From Lama glama (lineage: Eukaryota), in NCBI GenBank assembly GCA_028534125.1, contig CM052816.1, forward strand, positions 49,230,001 through 49,294,000: DNA of 64,000 nt. Reading direction: 5' to 3'. Of the stretch, positions 12,820 through 25,767 are shown one piece after another. A program made the translations under genes and the position numbers. The notes under the pieces were generated by a model. It did not search any database and was not told where the DNA came from. It saw only the letters and a list, made by a program, of their open reading frames with translations. The stretch's first letter is position 1. Each line of letters starts with the position of its first letter.

Positions 12820-13450
12820 GATCTTACAGCTTTCTGGTTCTTCCCTTGCTTAAATACCTCTATAAGTAAGATATATTATTTTAAGAATTTAAAAGTATAC
12901 TAAGCCTGTGTTTCACAGTTTGTTAATCTACATACCTACTGTCATCTCCTGACTCTTGGGAATACATACACACATGTATCTATGTCTTGCATGGATTATC
13001 AACCAAGCTCTAGTAGAGTCTCAAAAGTTATCGGATGTTTTATAGTTCTGCTTCTTCATCTTTTTCTTCTATGCCATGCATATATTCCTTGTGTCTATCT
13101 TTGCTTTGACAGCTGTTTGACCTTTTAATTGGCTGAAACTAATTATCCATCAAGAATCAGATCAATTTTTTATCTGTTTAGACTTCACCTCTCTCATTTT
13201 GCAGTTGATAAGTTTTGTTGACCTCTACTGTGTTCCACATTTTGTGTAGCAGTTGAGACATTGTCTCAATTTATATGTAATATTAAATGTGATGTTAAAT
13301 ATGCAATATTTAACATTTGATTACTCAGTCCTCCATTAGAGTGTGAACTTGAAAGCAGGACCATATTTCATGCATTTTGATTTTCAGTTACAGCAGAATC
13401 CATGGACCAGCTATGTTCTCACGAAATGTCTGCTAAATGAATAAATAAAT
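12820..13450 (+). mobile_element. L2 LINE 3' fragment
   Basis: Ends with 'ccattagagtgtgaacttgaaagcaggacc...aaatgtctgctaaatgaataaat', the typical L2 3' terminus. Confidence 0.65.
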
Positions 13451-14377
13451 TTAGTATGTTAAATAGGCAAAAATGTGGGGCGTTTAAAATTTAGACAATA
13501 TTTTCAAGAGTCCATCAGCACTTTTAATTAGTAATGATGTCTTAGACGTGTTACTTAAAAATTCTAATGAAGGGGGAAAAATCTGAGGAAGAATAGAAAA
13601 AGATACAAGGAAACCTAGAACAAAGCAGTCTAGTCAAAGGAAGAGAGACCATCTAGAGGGACTCGGGCCAGTGCTTCAGATAGGATGAAGACAGATGATT
13701 GTGTAGACCATGTGAGTGAATATAAATTGATATATCAAGAAACATTATGCAGAGGGAAGAGATAAGATAGTAAATTAAGAATATGATTGAGGCTAGTTTT
13801 TTCTTTTATCTTTGTTTTCAGGCGTGCATGATTTGAAGATACTTTCATTTAAAGAACAGAAAATGGGTATTGAGGTGGGAAGTGAAAGATACACTTGGGA
13901 GAAGGGAAAATTTAAAGGTACCAGGTTTTGGAGGAATGAGATGTGTGTGTGTGAAGGAGTGAGAACCAGGGAAAGGAATCAGTGCACAATACAGAAGGAG
14001 GGAATTACATTGGACAGGAAATTTAAAGATCAAGATAGTACTGAGAAACCTTTTCTTCATCTTACGTCATAATTATTTTTGCTATGATTTAATTGATGAA
14101 GTAGCCCCTCCTTGGGTCTTTTATAATTAACCTTTTGTCTATAACTCAGCCATCATCAGTCTAATCAATGTGCTTATCTATGTATCAATCCATATTTTTT
14201 ACTGGAGCTATTTTATTCTTCTTAAATTTTAAACATTTCATATAGTAAACTTTTCAAGTTTACTTTCAAGAGTAATCACCAAACATGATGATCTGAGAGA
14301 CGTGGTCTATGACATGGTGCCAGTGGATTTGGAACCAATAAACTTAGATGTGTACATTTATTAGTTCGATGATACAG

Positions 14378-15505
14378 TATCTGATTTTAGGACTTATTAT
14401 AAAGCTACAAAAATCAAGAGAGTATGAAATTACTATAAGAAAAGGCAGACCAAGATAGCAAAACAGATGGTGCAGAAATAGACTGACACATTCAGTAAAT
14501 TGATTTTTTTCCAACAGATGTGCTAATATAATTTAAAAATTAAGGAAAGCTTTTTTTTCTACATTCTCACACCTGGATATCCCTAAAGGAAAAAAAAAAA
14601 TGAACCTTAACCCCTACCTCACACCACACATTTTAATTTGAGATGGTTTTTAGGCAGAAATGTGAAGAATACAACTGTAAAGTTTCTAAAAGAAACAGCA
14701 TATCTTTACAATCTTAAGACTTAGAAAAGATTTCTAAAAGAAAGGAAGCATAAAAGAAAAAATGACTAAGTGTACTTAGTTTAAAATTTTCTGTTCATAA
14801 AAACCACCATTGAGGAAAACAAAAGTGAAAATTACAAATGTAAGAAAATAACTGTAGTGTGTTGTGTAACACTTGCCTTAGGATATATAAAGAATGCTTA
14901 CAGATCATTAATTAAAAAGTCAACAACTCCAGCAAGTCCCCACCCCCAAAAAAGGGCAAAAGACAGAAACATATTTTTAAAAGGACAAATACAAATGGCC
15001 AATAACTACTTGAAAAGATTCTTGGCATCATTAATCATCAAGAAAATGGAAATTAAAACTGTAAGATACCACTTTATAAAAAGTATTTTGTTTTTTTAAA
15101 TGAATGTTAACATATAACTATGACTCAGCAGTCACACTCATAATTCATGATAAATGAAAAAAAATTACACAAGAAAGTTCATAGAAGCTTTATTGGTAAA
15201 ACAGTCATAAACAGGAAACAATCCAAAGGTCAGTTACAAGAGAAGAATCAACCAATTTGTTGTTTTGTCATACAATTGAATACTTCTTAGCAATAAACAG
15301 GAATATGCAACATAGATGGATATTTTAAAAAGTAAAAAGTATATAATGCACATTTCTTACATGAAATTCTAGAAGAGGCAAAATTAAGGTATGCTGATAG
15401 AAAACAAGATGGTAATTGTCTAGAAATTTGAGACTGTGGAATCGACTGGAAAAGAGCAGGTAAAAGACTTTCTAGGATAATGGAAAGAATCTATACCATG
15501 AGTGG
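14378..15505 (+). mobile_element. Old LINE-1 fragment (ORF2 C-terminus plus 3' UTR)
   Basis: 'ctgattttaggacttattataaagctaca', 'aatgaaccttaacccctacctcacacc', 'caaatggccaataactacttgaaaagat', 'gaaattaaaactgtaagataccact'. ORF 14857-15099 contains the L1 ORF2-like 'QIQMANNYLKR...IIKKMEIKTVRYH'. Confidence 0.85.
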
Positions 15506-16666
15506 GAAATTGAGGCATAAACCTCTAGTAACTCCATATGGGTTTGCTGAAATGAGATATTAGATTAAGGGAGACTATCTGCTTTTCTGTTGGTGTGATG
15601 GTGCATTATTCTACCCTTCAAGAGAAAAGTCGTATCTAATCTTTCTGCAAAACCCAAAATTTTTCATATGGGTTTGTGATGAAATATTGCAGGAAAAGTT
15701 ACTTTTATAAATTTAGACACTTTTTTGAGAAAACAAAATTATGCTTTTGAGTATAATTGTAATTGAATGCCTTCATACATGTACATATAAGTATATATAT
15801 GTGAAACTGTTAAATTAGAACCATTTCTTTGAGTCTGAAAGGTGATGATACTGTGAAAGTATAAAAAAAATGTATCAGGAACATCACTTAATATAATCAA
15901 CAGAGATTAACTAATGAAACTGAAATGAAAATAGATACAATTTCTTTTATTCATTTATGTGAACACATATGCAAGCATACTAAAGAGCTTCACAGAGGAG
16001 TTAACCATTGATCTGAATAAGAATTTAGGTAAATTAATTAAGGGGTGGGAAGAGTTGAAGAGTGACCTCCTCCTTATCTGAGTGGAAGTGTCCATTAGCT
16101 TTTTCCATTCCCACATTGTTTCTCAAAGTGAATTCTGTTATATATAGAATTACTCATTAACTTTAGACCTCAAACTAAGCAGTATTAATTTTCAAACTGG
16201 AGGATAAAACAACTTCCTCCCAGCTTCCATTAGCAGGCAATATATAATGCTTTTGTGGAACTACCTTTCACATGAAAGAAAAGATGTCTCTTTAGTGAAG
16301 AAAGTAAATACAACAATAGATAATTTTTTGAATTAATTTTTGTATTAATTTTAAATGATATCTTGACAGCAGTACAAAGTTAATGAAAAGAGTCAAGTTT
16401 TGAGATAAGATGACCTAATATGCAGCAAATTCCATACTTTATTGTTTAAATTACAGGAGTTATTAGAATTAAAGGAACAAAACTCTATAAGGAAAGTGGA
16501 ATAAAATCTTTCCTAATGGTTTTAACTCAAAATTAAAGATGTTCAGTTCCCTTATAAAGCCACCTCCTTTCTGAACTAAAATTGAAAACACAATAAAAAA
16601 TTTGACATGTCAGATGAGACTTATCAATGAACAGTGACAGAGCACTCATTTAGAGATTTGTACAGA

Positions 16667-16809
16667 GGGGAGGGTATAGCTCAAGTTGTAGAGTTGATGC
16701 TTAGCATACGCAAGGTTCTGGATTCAATCCCCAGTACCTCCTCTAAAAAGTAAGTAAGTAAACCTAATTACCTCCCCCTAAAATAAATAAATAAATAACA
16801 GTAAAGAAA
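16667..16809 (+). mobile_element. tRNA-Ala-derived SINE, camelid vic-1 type, with target-site duplication
   Basis: Head GGGGAGGGTATAGCTCAAG (A box) ... GCTTAGCAT ... GGATTCAATCCCCAGTACCTCC (B box), body 'aaacctaattacctccccc' and an (AAAT)n tail. TSD agatttgtacag (16654-16665) / agaattgtacag (16810-16821). Confidence 0.9.
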
Positions 16810-16900
16810 AGAATTGTACAGCTCTCACTTGAGTGGTTTTTAAATCACTAGGAAGTATCAACATGTTCAAATAATATTGAAATGGTTTAAATTAGTTTAA

Positions 16901-17237
16901 TCCCCTAAATATAACCTCACCGTCTTCTGAAGGTGAGACCCCCCTACCCTAAACCCTGACCCTGACCCTAACTCCAACCCCCGAACCCATAGTCCCTAAC
17001 CAGAAGCCCTGACCTTAAGCTCAGTCCCAACCCTAACCATAAAATCATACACCACATTACAGTATTAGAAAAATTGTAAACCATAACTATTAACCATAAT
17101 CTGAAGCCTAACCTTTAGCTGTGTACATAACCCTAACCAGAAACTGAAACCAAAACCATTAACCATAATTTATAAGACAATAAAACCAGAACCACAAAGC
17201 ATAATTTGTAACCAGAAACAATTTCCCCTAACCAGAG
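16901..17237 (+). repeat. Degenerate interstitial telomere-like (CCCTAA)n array
   Basis: Core 16942-16980 is CCCTA CCCTAAA CCCTGA CCCTGA CCCTAA CTCCAA. Further CCCTAAC copies lie at ~16994, 17031, 17130 and 17226, among hexamer variants (CCATAA, CCAGAA). Confidence 0.75.
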
Positions 17238-18540
17238 ACTATTCATAAGCCTTTATTCAGACCCCCTTTTTGTTCATAGTTCCTTAAATACTCAGCATTT
17301 CCATTTCAATTATTTTTGTCCTTCAGTCTTCACATAGCAGTCACTTCATAAATGTTTTAACAAACAAACCAACCTTGAAAACAAGAAAGACAACATAAAT
17401 ATAACTTACTACATTCCCTGGATCACAAACCCATATACTACTGGGAACTAACACAAATGGCTACCTAGCAATGAGTAGAATTTAAAGTTGAAGGGGGAAA
17501 TTACTTAATGGTGTATATACTATGGAGATGAACTAGTTCCAGTTTTATGGAGATTAGCTAGTGGACTTTTGGCATTTGATAGATATGCAGACACATGAAC
17601 ACACATAGTCTTGGTGTAGTCTGTGTAAATGAATATTTATAAGGAAAGTCTTAAAGATTTATTCTGCTTCCTCATAGAGCTGACTGAATTTCACCAGTTT
17701 ATTCATTGCTGGGTCTTGTCTGAATATTACTCAATTACTCAAGTGTTTTGTTTTTATCTGCCTCAAGTCCTCCCAACCTTAACTTGGATTAAAACCATAA
17801 AGAAGTCCATTTTTAAAGGCATGCAAAGAAAACAATACATCAAAACTGTTAATATACACCTCAAACAGAAAACATGCATATCTTCATTTGTCTTTCAACT
17901 CATTTATGTCAGCCTATATCTTACTGGCAAAAATTGCTTTCCAACTCTAGACAATCTAATTTGACTGTGATCTGGCACTTGAGTATGACGATGTTTCTTT
18001 GGTTAAAGTAAAAGATTTGCAAAATCAGTTCAGAAACTTTATTATCGGGGCAGAGCATCAGTGCATTTCTTGAACATTCATCACAAACAATGTGTGAGAG
18101 CTGGCGGAGAATGAATCATCCTAGATTACCTATCTAGTACTTGAGAGGCCTACCACAAAACAGCAGCAGCAGAGATTAACTTGCTGGAGTTCCCAGGAAA
18201 TTTACAGAGGCTGTTCTGTGGAGAAATAGAAACCCCATTTGCCAGATCTTTACCTGTGAAAGGTATCTTAAATCAGAGGAAGCATGGACATGAAAATTCT
18301 GTGAGTGTGCCCCATAGGTCAAGGTAATCTTGATAATCTTTCCAACAATCTTCCTTTTCACTGGATGTTTTTAATATGTGAAAACGTACGTATATTCAAA
18401 TGCAAAATAGTTTGACATGGGAACAAAAATCAAAAACTGATGTTACCATAAGAGATTTTTTTTTTACAGTTCTGGAAAGATACTCAGACAGGGACCCTAA
18501 ATCTCACGCTTTTTCCCAGAGAAGTGAACCGTGATCTGAT

Positions 18541-18542
<2 letters not shown>

Positions 18543-18579
<37 letters not shown>
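18543..18579. repeat. (CA)18 microsatellite
   Basis: Directly visible perfect dinucleotide repeat. Confidence 0.97.
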
Positions 18580-18582
<3 letters not shown>

Positions 18583-21500
18583 CTTTCTAGTCACCAATTT
18601 TTCTGCAGTCACTACTAGCAAGTTGATCTTTCTAGAAACTTTAATTAACTAACCACTGTGGCCTATAAGTTTATGTAGTGGAATTCTGAACTGATTTAAA
18701 TGCCTGCTTTTCTCTATGCTGATCATTTTTCCTATTTCTACTTCAGTGACTTCCGTGGTAAGCATACTACATTGTGCTGTCTATTAAGACTTAGAACAGG
18801 GTATCCCAATCAAAACTGTATAATTTAATATGAAGCAGAGATGTCTATATAAAATGCATCTTCTTGATCCTTAAAAGGCATACTCGGAGAGCACTATTTA
18901 CAAGCAATATGTAAAGGAAATAATTCCATTCTTCTTTGTTTTTTGATACCCAAATATAGATGCTTAACAGGCCTAAGTCAACCACTGTATTGGTCATGAT
19001 GTAAGAGTCTGGTGAATTCTCATGGTCTGTCCACTAGAAGTAATTGTAAGAATCCGTCTTACTCCTCTCAGTTGTGTGCGCCTCTTTGTTACATTACCCT
19101 CCACGGTGGTTGCAGACTTTTTTCTTACTCTGAATCTTACATTGTTCATTTTCCTTTGTCATTAATACTAAGCTTTCTATTCAAAAAGAGAAAAGCAGCA
19201 CTTTTGTCTGGATTTTCATTCTGCGGAACTTGTCATTTCCCTGAAGTGTGTTCATGCTTCTGTATCTACTATCTAAGAAGTATATTTTTCGGTTACAAAT
19301 TTATAGATTATGAAAATATTTTGCTCCACTTAGCTGACTACATTCTTGCCACATTACTTAAATTTTAAACACTTAGATCAGTAAAACTGGGCATTGATTA
19401 GTCTTCTCCTTCACTTAAGAATGCTTGTTCCTGGGTGTGTTTCAAAGGACAGAAGTCTCCTAGCTATTTCAGAATCAGACTTGTGCCAAGCTGAATAGAC
19501 ACTTGCTGAGCTCTGAGAGTCTTGAGCTTGTCAAGAAACTCTTACAGGTTTAAAATTCTGAAGTTACCAGCAAAAGAAATGAGAGACTAAGTCTTGTAAA
19601 ACTGAGATTTCCAGGAAATACGAAATTCGTTATTCTCCCTTGAATTGAAAATTGATTGGATTTCTCTATAATAGCTTCAATATTGTCTCTGATTCTATTT
19701 CTGAAAATAATGATTTCCTATTTTTATAAAAAGAACCTCACAAAGAAACAAGTGAACCTAATATTTCTGTCTTTTGTTCAGTCACTAATGAGGGAGATTA
19801 GAAGTTAATTTACACCAGAAACCAAAGTCTAGACATGGTTGTACAATAAACATTACCAGCATCAGTAATCAGACCATGGGTTAACTTGACAGTCCTGGGC
19901 ACTTACTTGTGTGTAATCCAGACTCCTGAATCCCAACTTCAAGAATGTTTTTATAATTTAAAACGTATGAGTGCTGCCACAACAAAGAACATACTAAATA
20001 ACCTAGTGAAAGAGATAAGGGGTTCTGCTTTTTAGCCTATAAATATATTCATATGCAGACCTCTGTTCAAACCCATTATAATTTCAGAGATCTGAGGGAA
20101 AACATGTGTAAATGTTTTCTATGTCCATCATGACAGTTACCTCAGATTGCTTTGGAACTTGGTGGCCGGTAGTTTCTCTCTTTACCTATTCTGGTGCCAA
20201 GAAACTTTCTATAACTCCTCTTTACAGCTATTGTCTGCCTCATTCTCCAGACTATGTTTAATCTAGAATTATATAAAACTCATATGACCTGGTTTGTATA
20301 TTTAGTTTGTAACATATGAAGTTGAATTCCCATTGTATGAGAGATGGGCTAGAGATACTGGAGGTAAAGATAAATAAAGATATATTGGAGGTAAAGATAA
20401 AGACACATGGGTAGCAATCATTAAATTCATTTGTTTAGGATATTTTACCAAGTTTAATTCAAACCACAGATGTTAAAAGATTATTTTGACATTTATAGAT
20501 GGTCCAGGAAGGATGATAAAACATTTTTTACTTAAAATCTGGTATAATTCATAACTCAAAGACTTAGATATATGAGGGTCTATGTTTGTAATTTTGCCCA
20601 AGGCTATGCAAGTGCTAAATGTAAAACCGCCTTATATCTTAGTTACCTCAGTAAGAGTAGTGAGTCTGATGTTCTCTGTGTTCATAAAAGCAGAAAATTA
20701 CCGCTAGCCTTTCCTGGAGGGGCCAGCTGACTCAGGGCCTCAAACTTCTCATGGACTTAGTAGAATTTTGATTAGTGTCAATTGTGTAATGGTGATTAAA
20801 CTCTCTTAATTCTGTATATTTCTGGTTCTGCAGAACAGCTTTTAGTACAACTGTCACCTTCCCTGACAACCGTGTAAGTAACTGAAAAAATAAGATTGCA
20901 ACTAACATTTCTTTTTCCTGGAAAGATCCTGATAAATACCCTGATTTTCTGTCTTGATGTTGTCTCTTTCTCTACATTGGATTAATCTCAGAACTTTGAA
21001 GTTCTTTAAGTAGCCTGGCATCATTTACATTTATTTCAGGTTCAATGAACAAATGCACCTTCAGATTACTGCACCGTACTATGCCTGCTAATAACGACTA
21101 TACATAGAACAAAGTATGATTTAACTTAAGTATTTTACTTCAAAGAGTAATGACAAATGCAGACTTTTACACCTCAGGGATAAGTAAAAGAAAGATTTAA
21201 ATGAGGTATTTTCTATCAGAGGCTGAGTCTCATTTTCCAGCTTCTAATCCTGGAAACAGGCAAATAATCAATGAGACTTCCTTCTTCGTTCAAAGTTACT
21301 GGATCCTCCTGGGATATATTTGCATAGTTTTACTATCAAGCGAATTGCAGAACTAAGCCTTTTTTTTTTTTTTTTGAGAATGTCAATAGAGAAATAACTA
21401 ACTTCTCATTGTGGAATAGCTTCAGGACTCTTCACCCAAATGTAATTTTCTGATTTGCTACCAAGAACAGCATCCCCAAATGAATACCCACTGAATAAAA

Positions 21501-23749
21501 CCAGTAGTTAAAGATGTTTCCATTTTTTATTATTCCAGTTTTTAATATCGTTAAGAGACTGCAAGTTTTTTTTTCTTTGAAACGATTACCCTGTTCTGAT
21601 GATTGAAATGACTTGCACTTCAGCTTTTACTCTTGTGAATATTCTATGGAGACAGAGGAAGCACTTACTGTCGATGTCTTACTGCTCAATTATGAAGCAC
21701 AGAAAATGTTCCTTTGTGAGTATTGCAAGAACAAAGTGGGCTCATATATAATAAATAAGGAAACAAGCCCTACTCCTGTTGGTAGAACTCACATACCAAA
21801 GAGAAATCATGGCTTTATTTTTTTCCTTGGAGAGAATGTGAGCTTTTCGTTAACCAGCTTTGAAAGTGAGAAAAACCTATATTGGTACTAAAACCCTGAT
21901 AGATGTATCACTTTCCAAAATAAAGCTTAAATTAACAATTACGTTCACTGAAGAATCATTATGAAACAGATGAGAGAAAAAAATATTTAAAGATGAATTC
22001 ACATCTCACTTTATTTAATTACAATAAACCATATCACAAATACGACCAGACTTTCAACATCAGAGTGATTATCTTTTAAAATCGGAAATTCTGCTTTGTA
22101 AGCTACCGAGGAGAAAGTTCTGGAGTAGTTGAATGAGTTCTTTCCATGAACCTCAGATAAAGTCTTATTTATTACCTTATTATTACCTGTTCGGCCTGAA
22201 GCAACCTCAAAGAGAACAATTTCAGCTGATTTTTTTTCTCCTATCATGCTCAAATAGATAATAAAAGTCTTTTTCAGTCATGCAAATTACAGGAGACCTG
22301 CAAGTTTTTTGACCTGAACAAAATTATACCTGGCCTAAAATGAATAATTAGCTCAAAAAGTTAACCATTACGGCTGACATAATAACTCGGGATTCTTTAT
22401 TCAGTTTATCATTTTCTTTGCTGACACTTCCATCAGTATTCTAATAGTAAGTTCAAATTGTTATGCTGATTAATCAGCATTTTTCTTCATAGTCCTTGTC
22501 AGGATCATGTTTACTTTTTGTTTGTTTACTATTGACTCCCCATCAGATAAATTTTAAGCTCAGTGTCTTCCTATTCATACCAAAATCATGGCCCTTGGCA
22601 AAATGCCTGGCAGTGGTATATTGCAGGGAGTAAACAAATAGGCTTGGTAAAACTTGAGCCACAGTAATATTTTCCTTAATTTTCAACACTTTGATTATTC
22701 TCAGATTTATAGCTATGCTTCACTTGGAGGATGAATCCAGAGATGATTTTGTGACACTATTGCTAGATCTTACGCTTCTTTGTCTGAGTATTGCCAATGG
22801 GTTGTTTGAAGGCTTAGGCTTTCTATGAGGGGACACTCACCCTGGCATTGCATGATGAGACTGCATGGAGAGCATGGGTTTATCCTACTTAACAAGACAG
22901 TATCTCCTTTTGTATGGATGAAAGCAGATGAAGCACTAGAAATGTTTATTTCTTAGAGTTTGGAAGAATGGGAACTTCGAGTTTTTCACTTATGAACTAA
23001 AGCTTTCGTGTTCCACACAGATGAAGCATAAATGACGTTAATCAGTGATGACAGCACATCTCCAGCCACTGGGAGGATGTGCTACAGAAGGAGGAATTTG
23101 CTCTGACTCTTGTGATACACCACTCTACTCAGTTAGCTCATCCATAGCTCATCTATTCTTTTAGATAAACTCAACTTTCTCCCTGGATCGGACTAGATTG
23201 TTAAAAAAAAAAAAAACGATCTGGATTTCGCCATTTGAGTCTTTCACCTAATTGCTTTTGTCAGATTGAGTTCTGTTTTTATGCTACCAGCTGACACTGA
23301 AGGATGTGAAAAACAGCAAATACTGTAAAAACTAGTAATTAGATCTATGTGGAGATGTTATTGAGAATATCCTGCAGTTTGTCATACAATGTCTTTTTCT
23401 TCTGAAGGACTTCTTAAAAAATTTTTCTGAGACATTTTAGAGAATGCTCATTCATAATAGCTATTTGCTTTTTTTTTTTCTTTTCTTTTAGAACGTGGCA
23501 GCTGACTGCCTTTTTCTCTCTATTTTTCCATCTAGAAGGCTCCTGGCCCTCCTAGATGGAATTGTGTGTAGGAAAAAGAGGATGTATTCCTATTTGCCGG
23601 CTTGGCCCAGGCCCTATCATATTCCTCTTTTCCCTTGATTTCCTCAACTGTTCATCCCACTTTTTTTTAAACCATCCTTATTTTATTATAAACCATCCCA
23701 TGTCCTTTGCTGCAGGAGAGATCTGTGTAGATCTCTTCGTGACATACTC

Positions 23750-24290
23750 TTAACGTTTAAAGTAATAATTCCACTTGTGGGATAAAGTCGAACTAACTAT
23801 ACAGCATATAAGATCCTCCGGAGACTTGCCATCTCAGTCTTATCTCTCATGTTGATCATTCCCATTCTACTTCATCCTCACCTCTTATCCCAGCACCCTC
23901 TGTTCAAAGACAGTATATTTAAAGTTCCTCCAAAAGCCCACGCTGTTCCATGACTTTGTGCTTGATTCACATGTCTATGCTATCTTGAATGCTATTGCCA
24001 TCCTTCCCTTGGTCTTTGTACCTCCCACCCCTCCGTCAGATAGTGCTGACACCTCCTGTGTTCCTCTAATGTATGGTATATTGATCTCTATCTTATAATT
24101 AATACAGATACTTTGACAACATTTTTTCTACCAGATCTCTCTACCACTAGACTATAAACTCTTTGAAGGCAGAGATTACATTCTTGTGTGTTTCAAAATC
24201 AAGAAACTTTGCATATTTCCTGGCATATTATGCATACACAGTATGTTTGTGATACATATACTAGGTGAATTAATGAATATATGAATATAT
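23750..24290 (+). mobile_element. L2 LINE 3' fragment
   Basis: 'cactagactataaactctttgaaggcagagatt...cctggcatatt...gaattaatgaat' is the L2 3' end, preceded by a pyrimidine-rich L2 body. Confidence 0.8.
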
Positions 24291-25767
24291 TATTAAATAC
24301 TGCAAAGTCTATGTTAAGCATTACAGCTTTACTAAAATGAAGCCAGAGAGAGAGCAGGTGAATGATTTCCCATGCTGTGCTCCTTTTTTAAATCTAAGGA
24401 ATATACTACATGAAAATAATGAGAACAATGAATGCTGCTAAAATATACTAATGTCATATATTGAAAGAACAAATTTATCTGCCTAATTTCTGAATTTAAA
24501 ACATGAAATTAAAAATTACACTATATGCACAAATATATATATGTAGGAGTGTTCAGTTTTTGTAAAGATGCCAAAATTCATGTGAATATTCATGTAAATT
24601 CATACTCATGTTAATAAGGTGGTTTTGATTTCTTGGGGATTTACCACCATCATATTTGAAATTTTTAGTTTGAAATAATTGATAGGAATGATGCTTTGAC
24701 CCATATGTTACTGAACAAAAATTGAGAGCTGTGAATCCAAGTTAAACATTTGGGGTAAAGTCAAATTTTCAGTAGAAATAAGTGATATGTATAAGTTAAC
24801 CTAAAGTTTTCATTTTGTAGATAATTTTATATTTATTCTGATTTTCAGAGCTTTCCCTTACTTCTATTTTCAGATATAAATGAGTAGATGAGACCATCAA
24901 AAGTACTTTTTCAAGAAAATTTTATTTTAAAAGCATTCCAGAAAGGCACTAAAATGAAAAGAATACTACTAAATGCTGAAAAACACAAGCAATTACCGTT
25001 TATTGGAATTTATACTTTTGTTCTATTAAATGTGATTTTTTTAAACTTTCAACATTCATAGTTTTCAGACTCTTAGTACAGCCAACACTCTGTAGATAAC
25101 AGCTCTTTAATCATGGTTTATTAGATTATATAATCTTACATATTCTATATTAAGAGATCTGATTATGAATCACTTTAGTTTAACCTCCTTCATTAATATT
25201 AATTAATTCCCAGAGAATTTAAGAAACTGGCCAGATCTTATAGATTTTATGGTTTTGGAAAAAAACTAAATTCCTAGCCATGGATATGCCTTTTGTTCAT
25301 ATGATAGTATATTAATCTAGTCTTTATTCATATAGTAGAATATTAAAACTGCATCACATGTATAAATCACATTATTAATACATATTTTATTGGGACCATA
25401 AGAGGGAAAAAAGTGCTGTTCCCACTAATACAGGATTTATAGAATTGACAATCCATATTAATATATGAAAAGTATATATGTATTCTCCTTATTTTGTCAG
25501 GATTAATGTTGTTGAATCTTTCTTTTTACCTTTTCTTTGAAAATTGAAAAATCCATGAAATGTGATTAAAACTGTCAGTAACTATTAAGCACACAGATAT
25601 TTAAAGCTGGAAACCAATTACATAGACTAGTTTCCCAGTATTGGTGGTGACCTCATGTTTCCAAGTATATTTTTCTTTAATTCCTTAGACTTGGTAGAGC
25701 CACTGCCAGAAGGAAATGAGTGTGAAATTCATAGTTTTAAACTTTGCTTTTAAAATACCATTTTTAG

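Noticed and set aside
16667..16742. tRNA-Ala gene
   Set aside because: The tRNA-like head has disrupted stems, continues into a SINE body and A-rich tail, and is flanked by a TSD, so it is a SINE.
20355..20402. Short tandem duplications (also 12264-12305, 30677-30702, 51321-51355)
   Set aside because: Ordinary two-copy slippage duplications of 13-27 bp with no sign of function.
23045..23106. C/D box snoRNA (GTGATGA ... CTGA) with an internal hairpin at 23053-23083
   Set aside because: There is no terminal stem, it is short, has no evident C'/D' boxes, and I recognise no rRNA or snRNA complementarity. An Infernal or snoscan hit would be needed to revive it.
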